A stretch of DNA of 45,926 bases from a virus. The stretch is from the IMG/VR virus record IMGVR_UViG_3300029483_000015; one strand, given 5' to 3'. The notes beneath the pieces are model-generated. The model was not told where the DNA came from. It made no database searches and worked only from the letters and a program-made list of their open reading frames with translations. Below are positions 7,818-14,783 of the stretch, piece after piece (within the stretch, counting starts at the first letter, position 1; each line of letters begins with the position of its first letter). The translations under genes and the position numbers were made by a program.

Positions 7818-8102
7818 ATGAATGAGGTGTATGAGACTCTAAAGAGTGCTCTTTTGTTGAGAAAGGTTGTTTCCTTTGATTACAAGGGGCATATTCGAAT
7901 CGTTTCCCCATATATCCTCGGGCTCAACAAGCTGATGGGTTATCAGAGCGATGGAGGGAGTAATTCTGGCCGTCTTGGGGTCCCAAAGTATTTTGAGATT
8001 CATTTAATTGCCAATGTCCGAATTGTCGAAGGAACTTACGTCGTTCCCCCGCACCTGCCACAAGAAAAAACTCTGGCCAAATTCGAAAAACCGCTTTATT
8101 GA
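7818..8102 (+). CDS. Small WYL-like protein, paralog 2
   Basis: 94 aa. Aligns with paralog 1 (VY..L..A...R.VV.F.Y.G..R.V.P..LG ... YQ..GGS.SG ... F ... I ... KPLY). AAGGAG RBS. AT-richer than paralog 1. Confidence 0.6.
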   Translation: MNEVYETLKSALLLRKVVSFDYKGHIRIVSPYILGLNKLMGYQSDGGSNSGRLGVPKYFEIHLIANVRIVEGTYVVPPHLPQEKTLAKFEKPLY

Positions 8103-8271
8103 CGTCTCCGGCTTCGTGAGCGTGAGCGTTGTCTAAGCTCCAGATCGCATATTCAATCGTATCTCTGCATTCCATGAGCTCCTTCCGTGCGAGCTCAATT
8201 TTGCTGTTGCTCAGTTCATGCTGAACGAGAGAGAGTGCATTTGTGAGTGTGCTGCGTGCTGTTTTTGTCAT
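7924..8271 (-). CDS. Hypothetical protein (doubtful)
   Basis: 115-aa ORF. The N-terminal ~55 aa look protein-like, but the 3' half overlaps paralog 2 on the other strand. Confidence 0.25.
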   Translation of the reverse strand: MTKTARSTLTNALSLVQHELSNSKIELARKELMECRDTIEYAIWSLDNAHAHEAGDVNKAVFRIWPEFFLVAGAGERRKFLRQFGHWQLNESQNTLGPQDGQNYSLHRSDNPSAC

Positions 8272-8371
8272 ATCGCCACCTTAAAAGGTCAGACGGCGGT
8301 CACCTCTCGGTGCGATCATTGGAAAGTCGGAACCAACGACGTTTTCAATAACCTACACCGGGAGGTGACCA

Positions 8372-8551
8372 ATGACTGAAGTGAAAAAAGAAGAGAAAAC
8401 TCTTGAAGAACGCCTTGCGGCGCTCGAGAAAAAGGTCGAAGAGCTTGAGAAAAAACTTGAGGATCGACCGACTAAATCCGAGGTTTCTCAGGAAATCAAT
8501 TACCGCACGAAGAACTTTGCGGTTCGCACTGCGGCAGGACGGATCCACTAA
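8372..8551 (+). CDS. Small coiled-coil protein (59 aa)
   Basis: Hand translation: MTEVKKEEKTLEERLAALEKKVEELEKKLEDRPTKSEVSQEINYRTKNFAVRTAAGRIH. GGAGG lies 6 nt before the ATG. Confidence 0.35.
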   Translation: MTEVKKEEKTLEERLAALEKKVEELEKKLEDRPTKSEVSQEINYRTKNFAVRTAAGRIH

Positions 8552-8906
8552 TGCGATCGATCAAGTTATGAGCTGATCGGTTGAATCTGTCCAAGCAGCG
8601 TCGCGCTTCTTCAATGTCTTTGGGGAGCGCGCGCTGCTTCGCGGCCAGGGCGACGACTTCATCAATTGCGTTGATGTCACTCCAAATTTGAATCCATTCA
8701 TCCATAAGCTTTCGATCAAATTCCATCTCGTTCTCCTGTGAAAAGTCTGTGAAAGCGTCATCGGTGCAACGAACTGCTTCGCCCATGATCGGATAGCAAA
8801 CAGCATCGAATGCGGCATAGGCGGCCGCCAGCGCATAGATGATCCGAGCATCTTCTTCTGTGATCGGTGTAACGATAAGGCGGCCGTCTTCGATGTCTAC
8901 CTTCAT
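8496..8906 (-). CDS. Hypothetical protein, first gene after the pL-like promoter (the position N occupies in lambda)
   Basis: 136-aa ORF with an AGGAGG RBS. No motif recognised. Confidence 0.55.
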   Translation of the reverse strand: MKVDIEDGRLIVTPITEEDARIIYALAAAYAAFDAVCYPIMGEAVRCTDDAFTDFSQENEMEFDRKLMDEWIQIWSDINAIDEVVALAAKQRALPKDIEEARRCLDRFNRSAHNLIDRISGSVLPQCEPQSSSCGN

Positions 8907-8930
8907 AAATCCTCCTAAAAATAGCCCACA

Positions 8931-8973
8931 GAAGCGCTCTCAAAAGAAAGCGCTTCAATTGGCCCTCTCCCTC
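8931..8973. promoter_or_regulatory. Box-plus-hairpin element, copy 3
   Basis: Hairpin GAAGCGCT-N10-AGCGCTTC followed by AATTGGCCCTCTCCCTC. Confidence 0.5.
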
Positions 8974-9166
8974 GCCGATGGTCTGAACCAACTCCCGGCG
9001 GGGGAGATTCACTGCTCAGGTCTGCCCGTGTGCGTTTTTGTCCGCTCGGCGGGAGGTACTAGCTCCGCGCCTTGAAGGCTTTCCTTCGCCCGTCTGACTA
9101 ATCATCATCCGGTGCCCCTCCCAGCTTCCGGCCGGGGGAGGGAGATATCGGCCTATATGTGTGCCG

Positions 9167-9217
9167 ATAGATGTGACTATAAACATGTCTATCATCAATG
9201 TCAATAGGTGTAGCTAT
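9167..9217 (-). promoter_or_regulatory. pL-like promoter with two operators (OL)
   Basis: Minus strand reads TTGACA (9199-9204), 17 nt, TATAGT (9176-9181). ATAG-N6-CTAT palindromes at 9167-9180 and 9204-9217 overlap the -10 and abut the -35. Confidence 0.55.
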
Positions 9218-9227
9218 ACAAGCATGT

Positions 9228-9256
9228 ATAAAAAAGCCCGTATAGGTAACGGGCTA
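9228..9256 (-). terminator. Terminator after the repressor gene
   Basis: Minus strand reads AGCCCG-N9-CGGGCT followed by TTTTTT. Confidence 0.55.
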
Positions 9257-9275
9257 AGGAAGGTTCAGGGGCATT

Positions 9276-9986
9276 CTATCGTCTTCGCCGATATGACCGC
9301 CGGTGTTCAACCATAACGCCAATGACGGCAAGTCCTTCTGTGCGCGAGTTGTATATTGGATAGTCCTCATTAAGTGGGATCAATTCGAAGATTTCATTCC
9401 CATATTCGTCATATCCGCGGGGACGATATTTTTTGAAGGTTGTTTCCATGTCATCTGAGAACTTACTGCCCCTTGTAGCAATCACAAAATCACCAGGCAT
9501 CGGATGAATAGTAGGGTCAATGACGATGATGTCTCCCTCTCGGAAATCTGGTTCCATCGAACTTCCAATAACCTTGAGGGCGTAGCAATCGTCGGGCAGG
9601 TCCATGTCTACCCAAATGAAATCTCCGCTTTCGATTGCTGCCTGTCTAGCGGCAATTTGCCCTGTTGACGTGGGATCTCCAGCCTGTATATATGAAAGGA
9701 TGGGAATCCTTTTCATCCTCCCACGAATAGGCTCAACATTGCTTTGATTAGCGGGAAGCTGGTCGTTTGATACAAGAGGGTCTCCTACGCCATTAACGAT
9801 CCAGTTTTGATTGAGAGGCAATTTGGAGCAAATAGCAAGAGCCGGAGCGGACTTCATGTTTTTCGTCTTGCCCGACACCCAACTTGCCACAGAGGGCTGC
9901 TTGATGCCCGCCAACGTGGCTAACTCCGATTGCGAGATATGGAAGTGCTGAAGCACCCAAGAGATTCTTTCTGAAAGCGTTGTCAT
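9276..9986 (-). CDS. cI: CI-type repressor (HTH plus S24 LexA-like autopeptidase)
   Basis: N-terminal HTH (ISQSELATLAGIKQPSVASWVSG). C-terminal S24 motifs (ALKVIGSSMEPDFREGDIIVIDP, GDFVIA ... FKKY). ATG at 9986 chosen, with no obvious SD. Confidence 0.85.
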   Translation of the reverse strand: MTTLSERISWVLQHFHISQSELATLAGIKQPSVASWVSGKTKNMKSAPALAICSKLPLNQNWIVNGVGDPLVSNDQLPANQSNVEPIRGRMKRIPILSYIQAGDPTSTGQIAARQAAIESGDFIWVDMDLPDDCYALKVIGSSMEPDFREGDIIVIDPTIHPMPGDFVIATRGSKFSDDMETTFKKYRPRGYDEYGNEIFELIPLNEDYPIYNSRTEGLAVIGVMVEHRRSYRRRR

Positions 9987-10078
9987 GATAGACAAGCCTA
10001 TCGGTTAGCGTGAACGGAATGTCTATTACTTGTGATATAGTTACTTCTATCACTATCTATAAATGTAAAGAGACACCT
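9987..10078. promoter_or_regulatory. Divergent immunity control region (OR) with two ATAG-N6-CTAT operators
   Basis: Operators at 9988-10001 (within the perfect palindrome GATAGACAAGCCTATC) and 10037-10050. AT-rich, lying between the cI and cro-like starts. Confidence 0.55.
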
Positions 10079-10306
10079 ATGGCAAAACAGAGCAATCTGC
10101 GTGCAACTGCGATCGCTCGCGATCTCGTTCGCGAGGTCGGTAGTCAAAGGAAGACCGCCGAACTTGTGGGTGTGAAGCAGCCGTCAGTATTTGCATGGAC
10201 AAAAAACGGGCTCACAGCGACTCGTGAAAACGATCTTCGATTCCGCTTTCCAGAACTTCGGGTCTGGAAGCGTTACCCGCCGCTTACCTCTGCTGAGGCC
10301 AACTGA
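10079..10306 (+). CDS. cro: Cro-like / YdaS-family HTH protein
   Basis: 75 aa. VGSQRKTAELVGVKQPSVFAWTKNG HTH. Divergent from cI. Confidence 0.65.
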   Translation: MAKQSNLRATAIARDLVREVGSQRKTAELVGVKQPSVFAWTKNGLTATRENDLRFRFPELRVWKRYPPLTSAEAN

Positions 10307-10545
10307 TGTTCATTCGTCCAGAACTTCGCAAGGGCGATATCGATGTTCGCGTGAAGGCCCCCAAGGATCTTGTCGATAAAGTCGACCTGATCTCTCTTGC
10401 GCTTGGTCTGACGCGGCAGGACATCGTGCTTGTTGCTCTGGATGCCTACCTTAATGAAACGCTGGCAGTAGCAAGAGTACTGAATCAAGTCGAGGCATCG
10501 CAACGGAATTCAAACGGCGTCATAACGGCAGGAGATGCGCGATGA
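10306..10545 (+). CDS. Ribbon-helix-helix-like protein (the position CII occupies in lambda)
   Basis: 79 aa. IDVRVKAPKDLVDKVDLISLALGLTRQDIVLVALDAYLNE fits the Arc/CopG RHH pattern. Confidence 0.5.
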   Translation: MFIRPELRKGDIDVRVKAPKDLVDKVDLISLALGLTRQDIVLVALDAYLNETLAVARVLNQVEASQRNSNGVITAGDAR

Positions 10546-11504
10546 GTTATGCCGCAGAGAGATGGGCCAGGGCGCAGAGGGTAGGTAATGCCCGCGCTAA
10601 ACAAGTACTTGTAGAGCTTGCGAATTGCCACAACGGCAAAACGGGCAAGTGCACTCCGGGCATCAAGTACCTCCATGAGGTAACTGAGCTCAAGGAAGAC
10701 ACGATTTCTACCGCGACAAATTTCCTGCAGTCGAAAGGCTTCATCAAGAAGACGTACGTGGCTGTCGAAAAAGGCCGCGCAATCAGCTACGAACTTCTCG
10801 GCTTCAATCCTCAGGAATGGGAACGGAAAAAAACTGAGGATAGCACCGAAAACGGGTTGACCCAAAACCGGGGTAACCCCGAAAGCGTGGGTCCCCCCGA
10901 AACCGGGGCGACGGATAGCCCCGAAAACGGGGGGACGGGTACCCCCGAATTCGGGGGTGAAACAGGGAATAAGAACAGGGAAAGGAACAGGGAAGTTAAC
11001 AGTGCTTCTATGCGCACTTCCGGAACTTCGGCGGCTCTCGCCGCCGTCGCATCTGCGCAAGCGCAGACGCCCTATCCCGAAGACTTCGACCAGTCTCTTT
11101 TCGAGGAAGCGATGCTCGCGACACAAGACAGTGAGCAGGCTCCTGAGGCTCTCCCTGATCCCGACGCTGACTTGCCCCCAAAGAAGCAGCGGAGATCTCA
11201 GCAGCCGAGAGTGCCCTTTCCGGAAACGCTCCCTGATGACTGGGCAGAGGCAGCAAAGATCGCCAGACCGGACATAGATCCGCAGCGCGTCTTCCTCAAA
11301 CTTCGAGCGCGCTACGCGCCCACAACTACAAAGAAAACCCTCGCGACTTGGAAGCGCGAGTTCATGAATTGGATCGGAAAGGAGTTCGCATATGACAACC
11401 GCTATCGGAGCAGCGCTCAAAAGCCTCAGCGGACGCTTGGCGCAACAGACACGCGAAGTCTCAACCACCGAAACTTCGGGAAGTGGGCGTCGCACGCAGT
11501 ATGA
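10542..11504 (+). CDS. Replication initiator (lambda O-like organisation)
   Basis: N-terminal winged-helix-like region (AKQVLVELANCHNGKTGKCTPGIKYLHEVTELKEDTISTATNFLQSKGFI). The central linker is encoded by iterons. Lies upstream of the helicase-loader gene. Confidence 0.65.
   Translation: MSYAAERWARAQRVGNARAKQVLVELANCHNGKTGKCTPGIKYLHEVTELKEDTISTATNFLQSKGFIKKTYVAVEKGRAISYELLGFNPQEWERKKTEDSTENGLTQNRGNPESVGPPETGATDSPENGGTGTPEFGGETGNKNRERNREVNSASMRTSGTSAALAAVASAQAQTPYPEDFDQSLFEEAMLATQDSEQAPEALPDPDADLPPKKQRRSQQPRVPFPETLPDDWAEAAKIARPDIDPQRVFLKLRARYAPTTTKKTLATWKREFMNWIGKEFAYDNRYRSSAQKPQRTLGATDTRSLNHRNFGKWASHAV
10845..10995. repeat. Candidate origin: six palindromic iterons plus three AACAGGGA repeats inside the initiator gene
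   Basis: CC(C/A)(C/A)GAA(A/T)NCGGGG-type units start near 10845, 10861, 10877, 10895, 10919 and 10943. They are followed by GAAACAGGGAATAAGAACAGGGAAAGGAACAGGGAAG. Confidence 0.6.
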
Positions 11505-12225
11505 AACGCAGTGGGGTGAATGCCCGAAGCACGGACGCTATAAGGCTTACTGGGTCGATGACGGCGGCACCTTCCACTACGACACCTGTCCCGGCTGCCG
11601 CCGTCAGGCTGAGGTCGCCAGGTCGCTCGAGATTGCCATCCCTCCGCGCTTCCGCGGCGTCACCGTCGCTTCCTTCGAGTGCTTCTCCGAGCCGATGAAG
11701 CGCGCCAAGGAGTCCATCGTCGCCTGGGGGCGTGAGGCCGATGTCTCCATCGCACGCGGCCGCTCATTCATCTTCACGGGCGACGCTGGCACCGGCAAAA
11801 CGCATATGGGCGCGGCGCTCGTCGCGCTTGCTCTCCGCTCGGCCTACACGGCCAAGATGCTCACGGCCTCCGAGCTCATCTCGTCCATCTGCCAGACCTA
11901 CGACAAGGCTCCCGGCAGCGCTGAGAGCACGGCCTCGGTGAAGCAGGCGTACTTCGACCTTGACCTCCTCGTCATCGACGAGCTGGGGCGCTCGCCTGTC
12001 TCCGCTCACGGCGCAGACCTCCTTTTCGAGGTCATCAATCGGCGCTACGAGCAGTGCCGACCCACTGTGCTCATCAGCAATCTCCCGCTCGTGGCCGACG
12101 GAGACGGCCTTTCCATCACGTCCCTTATCGGCGACGCCGCTGTCTCCCGGCTTCTCGACGGCGGCAGGGTCATCGCCTTCGACTGGGAAGACTATCGCCG
12201 GCGCGAGAAAAAGGAGGCGGCCTGA
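11392..12225 (+). CDS. DnaC/IstB-like AAA+ helicase loader
   Basis: Walker A (FTGDAGTGKTHMG), Walker B (DLLVIDELG), and an N-terminal Cys4 motif (CPKHG..CPGC). AAGGAG RBS. The start overlaps the initiator gene by 113 nt. Confidence 0.8.
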   Translation: MTTAIGAALKSLSGRLAQQTREVSTTETSGSGRRTQYETQWGECPKHGRYKAYWVDDGGTFHYDTCPGCRRQAEVARSLEIAIPPRFRGVTVASFECFSEPMKRAKESIVAWGREADVSIARGRSFIFTGDAGTGKTHMGAALVALALRSAYTAKMLTASELISSICQTYDKAPGSAESTASVKQAYFDLDLLVIDELGRSPVSAHGADLLFEVINRRYEQCRPTVLISNLPLVADGDGLSITSLIGDAAVSRLLDGGRVIAFDWEDYRRREKKEAA

Positions 12226-12300
12226 GATGCGGTCAGCGCTTCTTCTTCCGAGCCAGAACGCGTTGGATCAGCCGGACGACCTTCATCATGAGGGAGCGAC

Positions 12301-12603
12301 ATGAGTGAGTGTCTTCGCTGCCGCAACTGCGCACCGCTCGAGCCGCTGCCGAAAGGCGATCCGCTTCGCCTCCACAGAGGCCAGTGGGGGTTGCTCGCCA
12401 GAGGCCTCGTCTACTGCTCTCTCCCCGGGGAGATCAGCGGATACAAGCGATTTCGCTCCGTCGAGTCCGTGGACTACTGCGAGCACTTCGAGCCCGAGCC
12501 CGATGCCGACCGCATAGCACGCCGCTTTGAAACCGTCCGAATCCTCCGCGCCGCTTTCGACCAATGGCGCAAAGAACTTCAATCAAAGGCCAAAACGAAA
12601 TGA
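12301..12603 (+). CDS. Hypothetical protein (Cys-rich N-terminus)
   Basis: 100-aa ORF with GAGGGAG upstream. Confidence 0.5.
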   Translation: MSECLRCRNCAPLEPLPKGDPLRLHRGQWGLLARGLVYCSLPGEISGYKRFRSVESVDYCEHFEPEPDADRIARRFETVRILRAAFDQWRKELQSKAKTK

Positions 12604-12917
12604 CGCTCAAGAAAGTCACCCGTCTCATGTCCATCGATCCGCCTTCCAAGGAACACACGCCGAAGCGCCCGCCTTTCACTTTCACTGAGGTGGACATCGA
12701 CGACATCTCCACCTATCCGCCTGAAGGCGCCGCGCTCTTCTTCGTCCTAAAAGAAGGGGCCTGGGATTGCTTCTACGGGGAACGTCGAGGCTTCACTGTC
12801 TTCTCCGACCTCTATCCCCACCTAAAGTTCAAGCTCGATTCCGTTCTCGCTTGGGCACCAGCTGGCTTTACCGCTTCCGAAGCGTACGACCGCGAAGTTC
12901 GCAAAATCCGTAGATAA
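12600..12917 (+). CDS. Hypothetical protein
   Basis: 105 aa from the ATG at 12600 (ATGA overlap with the upstream stop). Confidence 0.5.
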   Translation: MTLKKVTRLMSIDPPSKEHTPKRPPFTFTEVDIDDISTYPPEGAALFFVLKEGAWDCFYGERRGFTVFSDLYPHLKFKLDSVLAWAPAGFTASEAYDREVRKIRR

Positions 12918-12920
12918 AAA

Positions 12921-13361
12921 ATGCTCACCCCCGAACGCTACGACATGAAAATTTGCATCCCCGGAAAGCCCCAAGGAAAAGCACGCCCTCGGTTTACGCG
13001 CGCAGGACGCGCATACACGCCTTCGAGTACTCGGGAGTATGAAAACCTTATCCGCCTGCAGGCATCGCGCTGTATGGCCTCTAGCGCACCAATTGAGGGA
13101 CCCGTAAGCGTCACAATCGTCGCGCACTTCGCCCCGCCTTCCTCATACTCGAAAAAGCGCCGCGAGGCCTGCCTATCCGGATGCGAAAAGCCCGCTAAAA
13201 AGCCCGACCTAGACAACGTCGTTAAGGCTGTTCTAGACGGCATGAACGGAATCATCTTCAGGGACGATTCTCAAGTAGTGCAGATAACCGCCTCAAAGAC
13301 TTACGGCGCATCCGAGCAGGTTTCCGTCTATATCGCCGAGGAGGGAAAGGCCGATGATTGA
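12921..13361 (+). CDS. rusA: RusA-family Holliday junction resolvase
   Basis: IPGKPQGKARPRFT..AYTPSSTREYE and KPDLDNVVKAVLDGMNGIIFRDDSQV are RusA signatures. Confidence 0.85.
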   Translation: MLTPERYDMKICIPGKPQGKARPRFTRAGRAYTPSSTREYENLIRLQASRCMASSAPIEGPVSVTIVAHFAPPSSYSKKRREACLSGCEKPAKKPDLDNVVKAVLDGMNGIIFRDDSQVVQITASKTYGASEQVSVYIAEEGKADD

Positions 13362-13761
13362 TCCCTCTTTCCGCGCACGCCTTCATAACTGGTCGCGATA
13401 TATCAAAGCCGCTTCGGAACCGTCCGATACGTCTTCTACATACCGCGCTATGGAGGCCCTTAGGCTTTTCGGGCCCTCTAAACCAGCAGAGGAAGAGCGC
13501 AAGGGGAAAAACTCCCGGCCCATTGACCGCATTGACGCTGAAAAGCTTTGCAAGGCTTATGCGGGGCCGTGGCTATCAACGGGAGAGAAAAACTTGCTAG
13601 CCCAACTCTACGGCTTTGGAATTTCCCCCCGCGCTTATGCCCGCCAAATACGAGTGCATGTACGCTTTCTTATCTCCCAGCATGACTTAATCATCCGAAA
13701 GTTTCAGCTCATTGTCGAAAAACGATTTGACGGCCTTGACGGGAAAACATTAACGCAATAA
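13354..13761 (+). CDS. Putative late-gene regulator (Q-antiterminator position)
   Basis: 135-aa ORF directly after rusA. It is followed by a short non-coding stretch ending in a strong terminator. The call rests on position only. Confidence 0.3.
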   Translation: MIDPSFRARLHNWSRYIKAASEPSDTSSTYRAMEALRLFGPSKPAEEERKGKNSRPIDRIDAEKLCKAYAGPWLSTGEKNLLAQLYGFGISPRAYARQIRVHVRFLISQHDLIIRKFQLIVEKRFDGLDGKTLTQ

Positions 13762-13844
13762 ACTTCCATTCAAATTTAGATCTAGTCCGCACTGCGAGTA
13801 AATGTTCCCTGTGGGAGCCTTAGTCGTACCCGGAAGGAACGTGA

Positions 13845-13874
13845 AGCCCGATCTGAAGAGACCGGGCTTTTTTG
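13845..13874 (+). terminator. Rho-independent terminator (tR'-like) before the late operon
   Basis: AGCCCG-N12-CGGGCT followed by TTTTTT. Confidence 0.6.
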
Positions 13875-13908
13875 ATGCCGGAATAAGTAGCGTCGAAATA
13901 CATAACAT

Positions 13909-13937
13909 TTGCAAAAATGCTAACCTCATGGTAGAAT
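13909..13937 (+). promoter_or_regulatory. Near-consensus sigma70 promoter of hicAB
   Basis: TTGCAA, 17 nt, TAGAAT, with an extended -10 TG. Confidence 0.6.
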
Positions 13938-13966
13938 ATTCACGTGTTCAACCAATAGAGGAGATC

Positions 13967-14164
13967 ATGAAGCAAAGTGAATTTCTTCGGTGGCTTAAGT
14001 CGAGAGGCGTTGAGGTCACCCACGGAACCAGACACCTTCGCCTGAGAGTCCCGGGGAACCCAAAAACGCAAACCATGCCTCGACACCCCGGCGCAGAGAT
14101 GAATGAAAGTATCCGCAAGGACATCATTCGCGATCTTGGCCTGAAGGAAGTCTCTAAGAAATAA
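13967..14164 (+). CDS. hicA: HicA mRNA-interferase toxin
   Basis: 65 aa. MKQSEFLRWLKSRGVEVTHGTRHLRL...MPRHPGAEMNESIRKDIIRDLGL matches the HicA family. GAGGAG RBS. Confidence 0.85.
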   Translation: MKQSEFLRWLKSRGVEVTHGTRHLRLRVPGNPKTQTMPRHPGAEMNESIRKDIIRDLGLKEVSKK

Positions 14165-14218
14165 AACACACCCCCGCCTTAGCCGGCGGGGCTTGCTGCA
14201 TGATCGTATGTCTGACAA

Positions 14219-14644
14219 ATGTCAAATTTCGATTTTCCATGCCGCTTTGAAAAGCTTAAGGACGGCACTGAGATTGTTCGTTGCCGGGATCTGCCCGAAC
14301 TTCTGTCATATTCCGTGGATGGCGAGCCTCTTGAAAATTGGGCCCGTTATGCCGTCGAGGATTGTGTCGAGTTCCGTATTAAAGATGGAGAACTTATTCC
14401 GGAGGCGTCACCTGCGCTTCCCGGTGAATATGTTGTTCATCTGAGCGCAAATCAGGTTGCAAAAATTCTGCTTTCAAATGCGATGGCGCGCGATGGTGTT
14501 TCTCGCGTCGAACTCGCTAAGAAGGCCGAACTGAAGCTTCCTGAAGTGACGCGGATTCTCGACGTTCGCCATCCTACGAAGATCGACCGTATTGAGGCCA
14601 CTCTTCGGTCACTCGGCCATAGGCTTCAGCTGTCGATTGCCTAA
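14219..14644 (+). CDS. hicB: HicB antitoxin (HicB fold plus C-terminal HTH)
   Basis: 141 aa directly after hicA. The C-terminal LSNAMARDGVSRVELAKKAELKLPEVTRIL is an HTH. Confidence 0.8.
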   Translation: MSNFDFPCRFEKLKDGTEIVRCRDLPELLSYSVDGEPLENWARYAVEDCVEFRIKDGELIPEASPALPGEYVVHLSANQVAKILLSNAMARDGVSRVELAKKAELKLPEVTRILDVRHPTKIDRIEATLRSLGHRLQLSIA

Positions 14645-14705
14645 AATCAAACCAGGACCGAACCAGCTTTTCACTTTGCTTCACTGGTTCCGGGTCCTGA
14701 GCACA

Positions 14706-14741
14706 AGGGCTTCTCTCCGGAGAGGCCCTTTTCTTTTTGGG
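14706..14741 (+). terminator. Terminator after hicB, preceded by a second long hairpin at 14653-14699
   Basis: GGGCTTCTC-TCCGGA-GAGGCCC followed by TTTTCTTTTT. Confidence 0.55.
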
Positions 14742-14783
14742 GTAGGACGATGCCTGAAGTTCCACAAAAGAAAAGGAGGTGCT

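Noticed and set aside
10485-11495. Very long antisense ORFs opposite real genes (10485-11495, 16012-16773, 20921-21790, 22902-24236, 34264-35151, 35456-36208)
   Set aside because: Their translations are Arg/Gly/Leu-rich and low-complexity, they lack ribosome-binding sites, and they lie opposite well-supported genes. This is typical stop-poor antisense frames in GC-rich coding DNA.
14592-14783. Long N-terminal extensions offered by the ORF track (TerS from 14592, fibre-assembly gene from 41944, scaffold gene from 20186, Rha from 6569, fibre gene from 36911)
   Set aside because: In each case an internal ATG with a good Shine-Dalgarno, or a stop-start overlap with the upstream gene, gives a product that starts where the family similarity starts. 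The extensions cross terminators or neighbouring genes.
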